This document shows, piece by piece, positions 10,522 to 20,338 of a DNA stretch of 64,000 nt (position 1 is the stretch's first letter; each line of letters opens with the position of its first letter). The notes under the pieces are model-generated. The model saw nothing but the letters and a program-made list of their open reading frames with translations. It was not told the origin of the DNA and did not search any database. Origin of the DNA: Candidatus Poribacteria bacterium (GTDB lineage Bacteria; Poribacteria; WGA-4E; WGA-3G). The DNA lies in assembly GCA_963663765.2 (NCBI GenBank), contig CAXXUA010000004.1:448001-512000 (forward strand). Direction: 5' to 3'. Made by a program: the position numbers and the translations under genes.

Positions 10522-10852
10522 TAGTGGTTGTAATAACATTTTCTCAACCTATTGACACGGGTTGCGAACCTACCATAGACGTCAATTGAAGAAAAATGTG
10601 TTTGCGTTCTCTGTAGGATCGACCTCTCGGTTGTGACCGTATGGAGACCATATATAATAACAGTTGTGACCAGGAGGTCGCTCCTACCAAATAAAAGAAT
10701 AGAATACGTAGTAGAAATGTAAACTTATTTTCAAATTTCACTATAACTGCTTTTGCTCATTGATAGAAAAGATATGGAATAATAAGTATAGATTTGATAT
10801 ACTATAGAAATATATACCAATTTCATGGTGATCTTTACATAGGAGTTTAACA

Positions 10853-11545
10853 ATGCTCAGACGATTCATTTTATCCTGCTTATTTATCGGTTTTATCGTA
10901 TTTTCAATAGGTTGCCAAGCTATACTAACAGAACAAGTATGGAGTGAAAACTACGCACTTTTGAATGGAGTTACCTCATCAAGTCCACAGATGATTGATG
11001 GCGATATTGCAACTATTGGAGAAACTCAACATCTTAGTAACCAAAGGTTTGCTGGGTGGGGTACTGGTGTTTCAATCAAATTACCTGAAAAAAAGAACAT
11101 CCGTAAAATCGTTATACATTCCGACAATATCAAAAAACTAATTGTCTATGCTGATAAAGGTGGGACTGCTTTATCCCAGACAGATTGGCACATTATTAAA
11201 GAGGTCAGAGGCATAAAAAAATATCCGATTGTAATACCAATTTTACATTCTTTTCCAGTCGACCATATAAGAATTGTCGTTTCTGACACTTCAGACGATG
11301 GAATTCAACGACGACAAGAAAAAGCTGAATTCTACAGTCAAACTTCAACAAGAGATAGACAATTTATGGGAAATAACTTCAGTAATAGGATGAGAGGGAG
11401 AAGGAGTTTTTCTGCACGAATAGGTGAAATTGAACTCTATGGATACAAAGCCAAAACAGATGAGCCAATCAATACAGAAAACAAACGTGAAGAAGAACTT
11501 GATGCAATTCTTGAACCAAATCAAGATACTTCCAAATTTGAATAG
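10853..11545 (+). CDS. Lipoprotein, discoidin/F5-8-type-C-like fold (paralog A, 230 aa)
   Basis: AGGAG RBS; lipobox SIGC; MIDGD..T and ARIGEIELYGYK motifs; paralog of the next gene. Confidence 0.75.
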   Translation: MLRRFILSCLFIGFIVFSIGCQAILTEQVWSENYALLNGVTSSSPQMIDGDIATIGETQHLSNQRFAGWGTGVSIKLPEKKNIRKIVIHSDNIKKLIVYADKGGTALSQTDWHIIKEVRGIKKYPIVIPILHSFPVDHIRIVVSDTSDDGIQRRQEKAEFYSQTSTRDRQFMGNNFSNRMRGRRSFSARIGEIELYGYKAKTDEPINTENKREEELDAILEPNQDTSKFE

Positions 11546-11684
11546 TTATTATTGAAAATCAGAATACTGAAATTATAAGAAAGTTGATTTAGTTGACATT
11601 TCGGTTATACTAAAGTTATAATGTTAATACTTGACAGAATTAGTCAATAATTTTCAAATTCATTACACACTCGGAGACAATAAA

Positions 11685-12377
11685 ATGAATATTAGATTTG
11701 TTCTAATGATCCTCGTATTTTGTGTTTGCGTACTTACCGCAGGTTGTAGTGCTTTGTTATCTCAACAGGAATGGAGCGATAACTATGCACTTCTCGACGG
11801 TGTTCACTCAACGAATATACAAATGACAGATGGTGATTTAAACACAGTTGGTGTAACTGGCTCCTCAGATGTCCCAAGAAATCGTGTAGGTAGAAACTCC
11901 AGTTCATCTCCTGAAGTAATCATCACCTTGCCTGAGAAAAAAGTCATACGACGTATTGTGATCCATTCAGACAATATAAAGAAATTTAACATATACGCAG
12001 ATAAGGGTGGAAGTGCCTTATCAAAAACTGACTGGCAATTAATAAAAGAAGAAAAAAGCGTCAAGTCCGGTCCTATTGTTGTTCCAGTCTTATACGCATA
12101 TCCTACAGACAAAATACGGATTGTGGTCTTAGGAACAACCGATGATGGTGCAATGACCCGTAGAGAAGTTGCACGTGGCGTCCAAAGTGCACTTCTAAGC
12201 TCACAAAGTGGTTCCACCTGAGGCACTGCGGACTGTGGGACTGGAGGTCCCACCCGTATCCGCGCAGCTGCAAAAATCAGTGAAATTGAACTGTTTGGGT
12301 ACAAAACCGTAAGCAATACAGATGATGACCCGATTGACGATCCCCAGCAAAAACAAATTGATTCTTTGCTGTTTTAG
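11685..12377 (+). CDS. Lipoprotein paralog B with in-frame TGA at 12219-12221 (candidate selenoprotein, 230 aa on read-through)
   Basis: GGAG RBS, lipobox LTAGC; the frame continues for 51 codons past the TGA (GTADCGTGGPTRIRAAAKISEIELFGYK...IDSLLF) to TAG 12375-12377 and matches the C-terminus of paralog A. Confidence 0.7.
12222..12267 (+). promoter_or_regulatory. Candidate bacterial SECIS hairpin
   Basis: GTGGGAC-TGGAG-GTCCCAC (12235-12253) stacked on GCGGA/TCCGC (12228-12232/12259-12263), immediately 3' of the in-frame TGA. Confidence 0.55.
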
Positions 12378-12486
12378 TTGAACATGTTTTAGTTGAACAT
12401 TAGATACTCAGTTTCCAGTTAAGGTTATTTCTACTTGGGAATTGCTTTTTACTGGAAACTGACATCAAAATTACATATTTCCAACC

Positions 12487-12984
12487 ATGAAATACTTCGC
12501 TTATGGATCAAATCTTAATATTAAACAGATGACGTGGAGGTGTCAGGACGCTGACCCCTTAGGTGAGTTTACGTTGGAGGGGTATCAACTCGTTTTTCGG
12601 TATTATGCGGATATTGTTCCTGTGGCGGGAAAGTCTGTGAAAGGTGGTCTTTGGGAAATTTCAAAAGACGATGAGAAAGTCCTTGACAGTTATGAAGCGT
12701 ATCCACACCTATATGGAAAATACTACAAGAAAGACATCATGTACTATAGGATGCACGATAATGTCCGGCATTTAGAATTACCATCACCTGGATACCTTGC
12801 GGGAATGCTTGAAGGTATGGAAAATTTCGGTTTATCACCATTAGAAGATCTAAATCACAATCTTGGAAACGAACCCACTGATAAAACAAAAAGAAAAGGC
12901 GATCTTTTGCAACCAGCATTACAGATGATCGCAGACTCCATGGGACTTTCAATTGCAGAGGATGATTCAATCAATATTGAGTAA
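12487..12984 (+). CDS. Gamma-glutamylcyclotransferase (GGCT/AIG2-like) family protein
   Basis: YFAYGSNL N-terminus, LDSYEAYP, PSPGYL. Confidence 0.85.
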   Translation: MKYFAYGSNLNIKQMTWRCQDADPLGEFTLEGYQLVFRYYADIVPVAGKSVKGGLWEISKDDEKVLDSYEAYPHLYGKYYKKDIMYYRMHDNVRHLELPSPGYLAGMLEGMENFGLSPLEDLNHNLGNEPTDKTKRKGDLLQPALQMIADSMGLSIAEDDSINIE

Positions 12985-13168
12985 TTGCAAGTAACCAATT
13001 GTTTAAGCAGGATTATTTTTGATAGATTATACAATTAATCCTATATTCTGAGTTGTAGGAGCGACCTCCTGGTCCCGATACTCTCAGAAAACGGGTATTA
13101 AGAGTAAAACTAAATATCCTAATGTTTAAGAGTTTTACTTTCTAAAAAATCTGTAAATAAGCGATTAT

Positions 13169-14119
13169 CTAAAGAATCTTTAATTCGTCATCTTCCCCAC
13201 TTTCCCGAAGAACTTTATCTAATTCCGCTGCAACAGCAGCAAAAGCACCTGTTTGTGGTGAATTTGGTTTACCCGCAACAATTGGCACACCAATATCCCC
13301 CGCAGTACATACTTCTGCGTCAAGTGGAATCTGTCCTAAGAGTGATACACTAAACCGTTCACTCATGTTCTTACCCCCATCGGAACTGAAAATCTCTGTC
13401 TTCTCATTGCAATGCGGACAAAGGAAATAGCTCATATTCTCAATAATCCCAAGTATCGGTACACCAAGCCGTTCAAACATGGCTACACCACGGCGCACGT
13501 CCGCAAGCGCAACATCCTGCGGTGTCGTTACAATCACAGCACCGGTCATGGGAATTGCCTGCGATAGGGTAAGCGCAACATCACCTGTTCCTGGAGGTAA
13601 ATCAATAATAAGGTAATCAAGTTCTTCCCATTCAACATCTGTGAGAAATTGGCGGATAGCACTATGCAACATCGGTCCACGCCAGATCATCGCTTGTTCT
13701 TCTGGAACCATAAATCCGATTGACATCAACTTAATATCGTGACGAACCAATGGAATTAACTTACGCTGCGGAGTTGTCTGAGGTTTATCCTTAATACCCA
13801 TCATCGTTGGAATACTGGGACCATAAGCATCTGCGTCCATCAAACCGACTGCAGCTCCGTTTTGTGCAAGTGATATAGCCAAATTGGTTGCAACAGTGGA
13901 CTTCCCAACACCCCCCTTACCGCTTGCAACTGCTATCTTATATTTTATGTTTGGTAATGTAATGTTCTGCTGTGACGTTTGTTGCTGTTGGGGTGATGGC
14001 TGCTGTTGGGGACGTTTCCCAGAAATTTCAGAACCACTGATAACTTTTAACTCAGGATGTGATTTTGAGGATTGGTTGGCTTTGTCAGTATCTTTGTCAC
14101 CTTTCTTAAAAAATTTCAA
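13169..14119 (-). CDS. mrp: Mrp/NBP35 (ApbC) Fe-S cluster carrier ATPase
   Basis: SGKGGVGKST, WRGPM, DLPPGTGD, ENMSYFLCPHC. Confidence 0.93.
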   Translation of the reverse strand: MKFFKKGDKDTDKANQSSKSHPELKVISGSEISGKRPQQQPSPQQQQTSQQNITLPNIKYKIAVASGKGGVGKSTVATNLAISLAQNGAAVGLMDADAYGPSIPTMMGIKDKPQTTPQRKLIPLVRHDIKLMSIGFMVPEEQAMIWRGPMLHSAIRQFLTDVEWEELDYLIIDLPPGTGDVALTLSQAIPMTGAVIVTTPQDVALADVRRGVAMFERLGVPILGIIENMSYFLCPHCNEKTEIFSSDGGKNMSERFSVSLLGQIPLDAEVCTAGDIGVPIVAGKPNSPQTGAFAAVAAELDKVLRESGEDDELKIL

Positions 14120-14325
14120 TGTATTTGCTCCTTATTCAATATATCATTACATAATAATGCCATAAAAACATCAGAATTGCCAATCTTTTTTAGATTGTAT
14201 TATTATCAGAACATCTTCTAAGCTAACCAAAATATGCTCATCTGATTACTTACACGAATATTGATTACATTTTTATCAAGTTCTTGTATAATAACAACAA
14301 ACTATCTGAATTGAAAGGCAATATC

Positions 14326-14991
14326 ATGAATATACTAATGTTACGTCACTCTGTTGGTTTTGAACATAGTTACCTACCCGATGCGGAAGTAGCACTCAAG
14401 GCAATTGGTGATGTAAATGGATGGAGAGTCACAACGACGCATCGTTGTGATCGTATCTCTGAGGACAACTTAGCAAAACAGGATATCGTTGCATTTGCAA
14501 CAACAGGAAACTTACCTTTTGATGAAATGCAAAAAGCAGCTCTACTCAACTTTGTCCGGGAGGGAAAAGGTTTCTTCGGTATCCACAATGCTACTGATAC
14601 TTGCTACGATTGGCCTGAATTTGGGGAAATGCTTGGTGGGTATTTCAATGGACATCCATGGCATGAAGAGGTTAACGTCATCGTAGAAGATACTGAACAT
14701 CCTGCAACACGGATGCTCGGAGAAAGTTTCAAAGTTGTTGATGAAATCTATACATTCAAAAACTGGTCTCGTGAAAAGACTCATGTACTAATGCGTTTAG
14801 ACAACGACTCTATTGATGTTTCACGTGGGAACCGTGACGACAACGATTATGCCCTTGGATGGTGCCATTCTTACGGAAAAGGTCGCGTCATGTATACTGC
14901 ATTCGGTCATCCCGATGTGCTTTGGAGTCAACCCTGGTTCCGTGAACACATCACCGGATGCCTAAAATGGGTAGGTAGTTTAGAAGACTGA
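14326..14991 (+). CDS. ThuA-like (trehalose utilisation, GATase1-like) domain protein
   Basis: GFEH, GKGFFGIHNA, GGYFNGHP, DEIY, GRVMYTAFGH. Confidence 0.85.
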   Translation: MNILMLRHSVGFEHSYLPDAEVALKAIGDVNGWRVTTTHRCDRISEDNLAKQDIVAFATTGNLPFDEMQKAALLNFVREGKGFFGIHNATDTCYDWPEFGEMLGGYFNGHPWHEEVNVIVEDTEHPATRMLGESFKVVDEIYTFKNWSREKTHVLMRLDNDSIDVSRGNRDDNDYALGWCHSYGKGRVMYTAFGHPDVLWSQPWFREHITGCLKWVGSLED

Positions 14992-15062
14992 TAGAAATTC
15001 ATAGTTGTAGCAACAGTAGGAAGGTCTACGTACCTGCCTTACTGTTGCTACATTTTCTGTTC

Positions 15063-16064
15063 CTATGATTTAATTAGACCCGTTGCCCGTAGCAATGTCT
15101 CCTGAACCAATAATTCATGAGATACCGGTCTATCAGGGGGTTGTTCTCCAGCAATTGTCGCCAAAAACGCTACCAATTCCAGCTCATATAAACGTTGTCG
15201 ACCTTCACCTACAATATTCAGGAACTGTTCTCCTTTAGAATATCCATCCTTTGCTTCCTGTAAACAGAGACGGATTGTATTGCCCGGTTCAAACGGTTCA
15301 ACGATGATAGCACTGCCTTCCGTGCCATACACCTCAAATCGGCGTGCCATGGGTCTCGGTTCTATAGCAGAAATCGTAATGAAAGCTATTGCTTTTTCAA
15401 ATTCATAAACAGTGAGTGTATTATCCTTGAATGGTTCTACCGATCCTCCATCATTGCGGAGAAAACTCGTTACCTTTTCAGGTCTACCTAACATCCACAC
15501 AATTTGATCCAGAACATGTCCACCTAAATCAAAAAAGATGCCACCCGTATGCTGACTTATCCGCATTCGTGCTTCTTGTGAGACATTAGTTGACATGTGT
15601 GCGCGAACTGAGAACACGTTCCCCAGAAAACCTGATCGCGCCCAGTCAGTCACTTGTTTGAAACTGGAGTGGTATCGCAACATATAACCCAACTGTACCA
15701 GTAGAGATTTTTCTTGAACTGTTTTGATAACACGTTGCCACTGTTCCCAGTTTTCACCAGCGGGTTTGTCGTACCATACATGTTTACCAGCATTTACAAT
15801 CTGTTCTGTCTGATCTAAACTTTCAATGTTGCTCCCTTCTGATGCCACCGCAACGATTGTCTCATCTTCTAACATCTCGTTGACATTTGCAAACCAGTGG
15901 ACATCATCAGACCAACCACCATTTGCTTGCAGTTTTAAGCGTTGTTCTTCGTCCGGTTCAAAAACCCCAGCAACCTCTACATTAGGATTGCTGAGCATTG
16001 CATGGAGTTTACCACGCGCATGTCCATGTTTGGTGCCGTATTGTGCCATTCGTATTTTTGTCAT
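15063..16064 (-). CDS. Gfo/Idh/MocA family oxidoreductase
   Basis: GKHVWYDKP, GYMLRY, GGIFFDLGGH. Confidence 0.88.
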   Translation of the reverse strand: MTKIRMAQYGTKHGHARGKLHAMLSNPNVEVAGVFEPDEEQRLKLQANGGWSDDVHWFANVNEMLEDETIVAVASEGSNIESLDQTEQIVNAGKHVWYDKPAGENWEQWQRVIKTVQEKSLLVQLGYMLRYHSSFKQVTDWARSGFLGNVFSVRAHMSTNVSQEARMRISQHTGGIFFDLGGHVLDQIVWMLGRPEKVTSFLRNDGGSVEPFKDNTLTVYEFEKAIAFITISAIEPRPMARRFEVYGTEGSAIIVEPFEPGNTIRLCLQEAKDGYSKGEQFLNIVGEGRQRLYELELVAFLATIAGEQPPDRPVSHELLVQETLLRATGLIKS

Positions 16065-16084
16065 ATCTTTATCCTATAAAAAAG

Positions 16085-16942
16085 TTAGCTTGCAAGTTTA
16101 CTATTCCGTTGAAACAACTTCCAACTACGACCTGCAATGTCACTATGAAATACCTCTACGTTCCCACGGTCAGCCATTGTTACATAACATGTGCGACCAT
16201 CAGGACCACCAAAAGCGATGTTCGTACAGAGTTTACCTTTCAATTCTACTTCCAATAATACCTCTCCTTCAGGTGAGAGTTTAGCGACTGTGCCTTTACC
16301 GTGTCGCGTGACATAGAGGTTGCCTTCTATATCACACCGCATACCGTCCATGTTGAAATCTGGGAATTGTATAAGCAAGTGTTTTTTGCTAATTTCTCCA
16401 TCGGGTGATAAATCATACACCCAGATGTTTCGTTGCACAGATTCGTTGACATAAAGTTTCTTCTCATCGGGACTGACTTCTATTCCATTTGTCGTTCCCA
16501 TGTCTGCTTCCAACAACGTAACCTTACCGTCAGTGTCAACTCTCCAGAGCTGACCAGTAGACTCACTCCAATTAGGGTCGCTTGCGTAGAGAATATCATT
16601 GGCACTAATTGCAAGGTCATTTGGTTGATTCATTTTCGGTTCGTGCGCATACACACTAATTTCATGAGTTTTCATATCCACCTTCAACACATTGTGATTT
16701 GTGTAGTCTGCAATAAACATGTATCCTGCGCTGTTGAATCTGATACCATTGCCGATACTTCCAGTAGGTAGTTCAACAAAAACACTTGCTTCACCTTCAG
16801 GTGTAACTTTGCCGATAGTGTGTTGTTGTTCAAAGTTAACAGCATATAGATTTCCATCTGCATCACAAGCAGGACCTTCTATTCCAGATGTAAACCCATT
16901 AGTTGAGGTGAATTCTTTGCTTTCAAATAGTTCGTGGTTCAT
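16085..16942 (-). CDS. SMP-30/gluconolactonase family protein
   Basis: IEGP, PNDL, TNGIEVSPD, DGMRCD..GNLYV, TNIAFGGPD. Confidence 0.9.
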   Translation of the reverse strand: MNHELFESKEFTSTNGFTSGIEGPACDADGNLYAVNFEQQHTIGKVTPEGEASVFVELPTGSIGNGIRFNSAGYMFIADYTNHNVLKVDMKTHEISVYAHEPKMNQPNDLAISANDILYASDPNWSESTGQLWRVDTDGKVTLLEADMGTTNGIEVSPDEKKLYVNESVQRNIWVYDLSPDGEISKKHLLIQFPDFNMDGMRCDIEGNLYVTRHGKGTVAKLSPEGEVLLEVELKGKLCTNIAFGGPDGRTCYVTMADRGNVEVFHSDIAGRSWKLFQRNSKLAS

Positions 16943-16977
16943 GAAATGACTACCTTGTAATAAAAAATGACCTAAAG

Positions 16978-18030
16978 TTAGGGTATAAGACAGACTTTTC
17001 CAAAGTTTTTGCGGGATTCCAACAATTGATGTGCTTCAGCTGCTTGTTTTAAGGGTAATGAACGATCAATGATAGGGATAATTCTTTTCTGTTCGGCGAG
17101 GTGTACAAGCGTTCGCAATTCAGTTTGCGTGCCTAAGGCAGATCCCATGATAGTGAGTTGTTTTTGATACATTTTTCGGATGTTTATTTCACCGATGTTA
17201 CCTGTGGTTACCCCACATGAAACGAGTCTTCCATTTTTTGCGAGACTGCTGATACTCTGTTCCCAGGTTGTAGCTCCAACATGCTCTAAAACCACATCAA
17301 CACCTCGACCGTTTGTCAACTCAAGTATTACTTCAGAGAAATCAACATCCTTGTAGTTGATAGTGAAGTCTGCACCATATTCTTTTGCTTGTGATAGTTT
17401 TGCATCAGTGCTTGCAGTAGCAAAGATGCGAGCTCCAACAAGTTTTGCTATCTGTAAACCCGCACTTCCCACACTTCCGCCGGCACCGAGTATTAGGACA
17501 TCTTCACCTGCTTTGAGTTGCGCGCGTGTCATAAGCATGTGCCATGCTGTGAGATAAGCGATGGGTAAAGCTGACGCATCAACATAAGACAACGTATCTG
17601 CTATCTGAATCGCATTCTTGATAGGAGCTTTGACTAACTCTGCATAACCACCATCTGTTTGAAAACCAAGAAGCTGCTGTGTAACACACAGATTTTCATA
17701 ACCGTTGATGCAGTCGTTACAGACACCGCACGGAATACAGGGCGCAAGCAGTACACGATCCCCGATTGACAGTTGAGGATGAATACCTGATATCTCTACT
17801 ATTTCGCCAGCAATATCAGAACCTAAAATATGGGGTTTGCTTGTTTCGTCAAGTTTCTGCTTTATCTCAGGTCGGTCGCGTCGTGCGTGAATATCCAAGT
17901 AGTTAACAGAACATGACTTGACTTTTACAAGAATTTCATTAGGATTAAGGGTAGGAATGTCTACACCTTGGTATTGTAATACCTCAATTCCACCTTGTTT
18001 AGAAAACGCAATTGCTTTCATTACCATCAA
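16978..18030 (-). CDS. Zinc-binding dehydrogenase / quinone oxidoreductase-like
   Basis: Structural Zn motif CGVCNDC...C, GAGGSVG, GRGVDVVLEHVG, FGKV. Confidence 0.88.
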   Translation of the reverse strand: MMVMKAIAFSKQGGIEVLQYQGVDIPTLNPNEILVKVKSCSVNYLDIHARRDRPEIKQKLDETSKPHILGSDIAGEIVEISGIHPQLSIGDRVLLAPCIPCGVCNDCINGYENLCVTQQLLGFQTDGGYAELVKAPIKNAIQIADTLSYVDASALPIAYLTAWHMLMTRAQLKAGEDVLILGAGGSVGSAGLQIAKLVGARIFATASTDAKLSQAKEYGADFTINYKDVDFSEVILELTNGRGVDVVLEHVGATTWEQSISSLAKNGRLVSCGVTTGNIGEINIRKMYQKQLTIMGSALGTQTELRTLVHLAEQKRIIPIIDRSLPLKQAAEAHQLLESRKNFGKVCLIP

Positions 18031-18075
18031 TTTCCCGATGAATCAGAAAATAGGCGCCAGATTGAATCGCTAAGT

Positions 18076-18222
18076 CTAAAATGACCAGTCCATTATTTTG
18101 TCTAATAGCCCAAACAAAATAGGACTGATTGTAAGACCGAGAATTCCACTAACGCAAATATATACACAAATACAAGAATAACAGAGCACTTTTATCAGAA
18201 GTTCAAAATCTAATGCAATCAT
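18076..18222 (-). CDS. Small (48 aa) hydrophobic Cys-rich membrane peptide
   Basis: Hand-read ORF MIALDFELLIKVLCYSCICVYICVSGILGLTISPILFGLLDKIMDWSF with AAGGA RBS, co-oriented with neighbours; below the ORF-track cutoff. Confidence 0.45.
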   Translation of the reverse strand: MIALDFELLIKVLCYSCICVYICVSGILGLTISPILFGLLDKIMDWSF

Positions 18223-18404
18223 AGATCAAATCCTTTCAAAAATTGTGGAAACTAATATCAAAATAGTAACCGTGTTGTTGGTGATAATACCCGTTATACG
18301 TGGGTATCTATGAAATTATAAAGATAACTTAATAGCGCAATACAAAGTTGTGACTATGCACAAGATGTGTGCAGTTTACTAACTGATACTTTGTGTAAGT
18401 GTGT

Positions 18405-19214
18405 CTAACCATAAGCACCATGACTGAGAAAACCCAACAATCTTCGAAGCCGCGGGCTTGCGTCCTGATATACCGATTCTGGCATATTGTAATTCATAAA
18501 CGGATAGAATTTATGACCAACCAGTCGACGGGCGTAAGTTACTTGAGTGATGTATCGTGTGCGTTGACTCTGATTAGGACCACCGCGATGCCATACCTGA
18601 TTGTTAAACATGATAACACTTCCCGCTTTGCCGAGGTTATATTGGATATTTTCTTCCCACTCAGTTCCCCCAATTGGGTTCGGGGGTGATGCCCCAAAAA
18701 GATGTGAACCCAGAACAACCTCTGTTCCACCATGTTCAATCTCAGTGACATCAGTAAGGTAGTAGTTTGCGGTAAAAAGCATAACAGGAAGTTTAACATT
18801 TTTGGGTGGATTGCCATCAGTTACGAGGTAGTGGGGTGAATCATCTTGATGCCATGACGTTATACCGCCACCAGGACGTGTTTGAAAGGAATTGTTGTGT
18901 ATTATGTGACATTCCCCTGGAATCAGTGCTTCTGCGAAAGAGACAATCGGTTCAAGATCAAATAAGCGAAGATTTGCTTTGCTGTGCTCAAACATGCGGT
19001 GACATAGATGCATGGTTGATTCATGGTTTCCACTGTTCAAGCCATTTGGATTGTTTTCAAGTGACCACTCCAAATCCTGACGAAGTTCTGCACAGTGATC
19101 GGGTGTTAACACATTTTGAAGGAATAGGCATCCGTCACGGTGAAAGGTTTCAACCCATTCCTGAATTTGTTCAGAACTGACGTTTTGTTCAGACAAGTAA
19201 GATATTCGTTCCAT
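18405..19214 (-). CDS. Phytanoyl-CoA dioxygenase (PhyH) family protein
   Basis: WHQD, GGTEVVLGSH, VWHRGGPN. Confidence 0.9.
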   Translation of the reverse strand: MERISYLSEQNVSSEQIQEWVETFHRDGCLFLQNVLTPDHCAELRQDLEWSLENNPNGLNSGNHESTMHLCHRMFEHSKANLRLFDLEPIVSFAEALIPGECHIIHNNSFQTRPGGGITSWHQDDSPHYLVTDGNPPKNVKLPVMLFTANYYLTDVTEIEHGGTEVVLGSHLFGASPPNPIGGTEWEENIQYNLGKAGSVIMFNNQVWHRGGPNQSQRTRYITQVTYARRLVGHKFYPFMNYNMPESVYQDASPRLRRLLGFLSHGAYG

Positions 19215-19294
19215 CTATCGTCCCTACACTGTTTTACTTTTATGTCGATTAATTCCTATAAACTTATGTCGTATTACCATCAGTAAATCTGTTT

Positions 19295-19684
19295 TTAGTT
19301 AGAACGTTTGCCACCAATGATGATAAGGAAAGCACTATCCTCGTTGGCGTGTACTGAGTGAATAATATCTGCAGTAAAGGTAACAGATTCACCTTGGACG
19401 AGAGTAACATTATTGGTTTTTGATGTAAAAAGGATGTTACCGCTGAGTGTAATAACTGTAGCAGTCGCTGGAGCTGAGTGTTCGTCAAGGGTTTTCCCCT
19501 CTTTCATACAAACCAGAACCACAGTCATTTCATCACCACGTGCTAACGTCAACGATGCGCGACCAGAAGTAGCAGAATTAGCATCTTGCATCAACTGTTC
19601 TGCCATTGCTGTAAGTGGAAATCCCTTAATTTGGGATAGGTTGAGATCTATCGGTTTGTATGGTCTTTCAAAAGCTGTATTCAA
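19295..19684 (-). CDS. Cupin domain protein
   Basis: LDEHSAP...LSG...HSVHA cupin motifs. Confidence 0.8.
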   Translation of the reverse strand: MNTAFERPYKPIDLNLSQIKGFPLTAMAEQLMQDANSATSGRASLTLARGDEMTVVLVCMKEGKTLDEHSAPATATVITLSGNILFTSKTNNVTLVQGESVTFTADIIHSVHANEDSAFLIIIGGKRSN

Positions 19685-19888
19685 TATGTAACTCCGTGTT
19701 GTTTATAGTTGTATGCAAAATGGCACCATGACAAAAATGTTGTATATAAGATATCTATGGTAAATTCTAATGAAATGAGATACATTCAATGAGCAGTGAG
19801 TGGTAAGCTATGGATTTTGACTCAATATGAATTTGTGTGTCTGAATAACATCAAAACCTACCATAGAAAATACATACTTACTAACCTA

Positions 19889-20230
19889 TCATCCCATAGC
19901 AGCTGCAACGATAATACCGAGTGAGACAAGGACACCCGCAACCGCAATCCCCGCGGCGACGTTGTTATCTTCAGCAATTTGTCGGTTCAGGTCATAAGGT
20001 GTTGACATGTCAAAAACCTTATATCCGACCATTAAAATGATCAGTCCAACGATACTAAAGATTGCTACTAAGATAATATCTCTTGCAATACCTACGAAGT
20101 CAAAAAGTAGCGGGCTATCGTCAGAAGCACTGTCATCCTGTGCATTTGCTGTCGTAACAAAGACTGCGAAGACACAAAGTGCTACCATTACAAGACAGAA
20201 GGTTGTGGATACGATTCTTTTCGCGTTCAT
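19889..20230 (-). CDS. DUF350 family membrane protein
   Basis: FDMSTPYDLNRQIAEDNNVAAGI..G..LGIIVAAA. Confidence 0.8.
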   Translation of the reverse strand: MNAKRIVSTTFCLVMVALCVFAVFVTTANAQDDSASDDSPLLFDFVGIARDIILVAIFSIVGLIILMVGYKVFDMSTPYDLNRQIAEDNNVAAGIAVAGVLVSLGIIVAAAMG

Positions 20231-20338
20231 GATTCCTCCTATTGGGATAGAATCCCATTTCTATGTTTTTTATATTAATATAAACCCAATCAAAAATACT
20301 ATTACATTTCTTTAGACACTTTACACAAAAAGGAAAAT

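Noticed and set aside
11804-12316. 170-aa antisense ORF over the candidate selenoprotein, and other antisense ORFs in the track
   Set aside because: These are shadow frames of real genes on the opposite strand, with no RBS or recognisable motifs.
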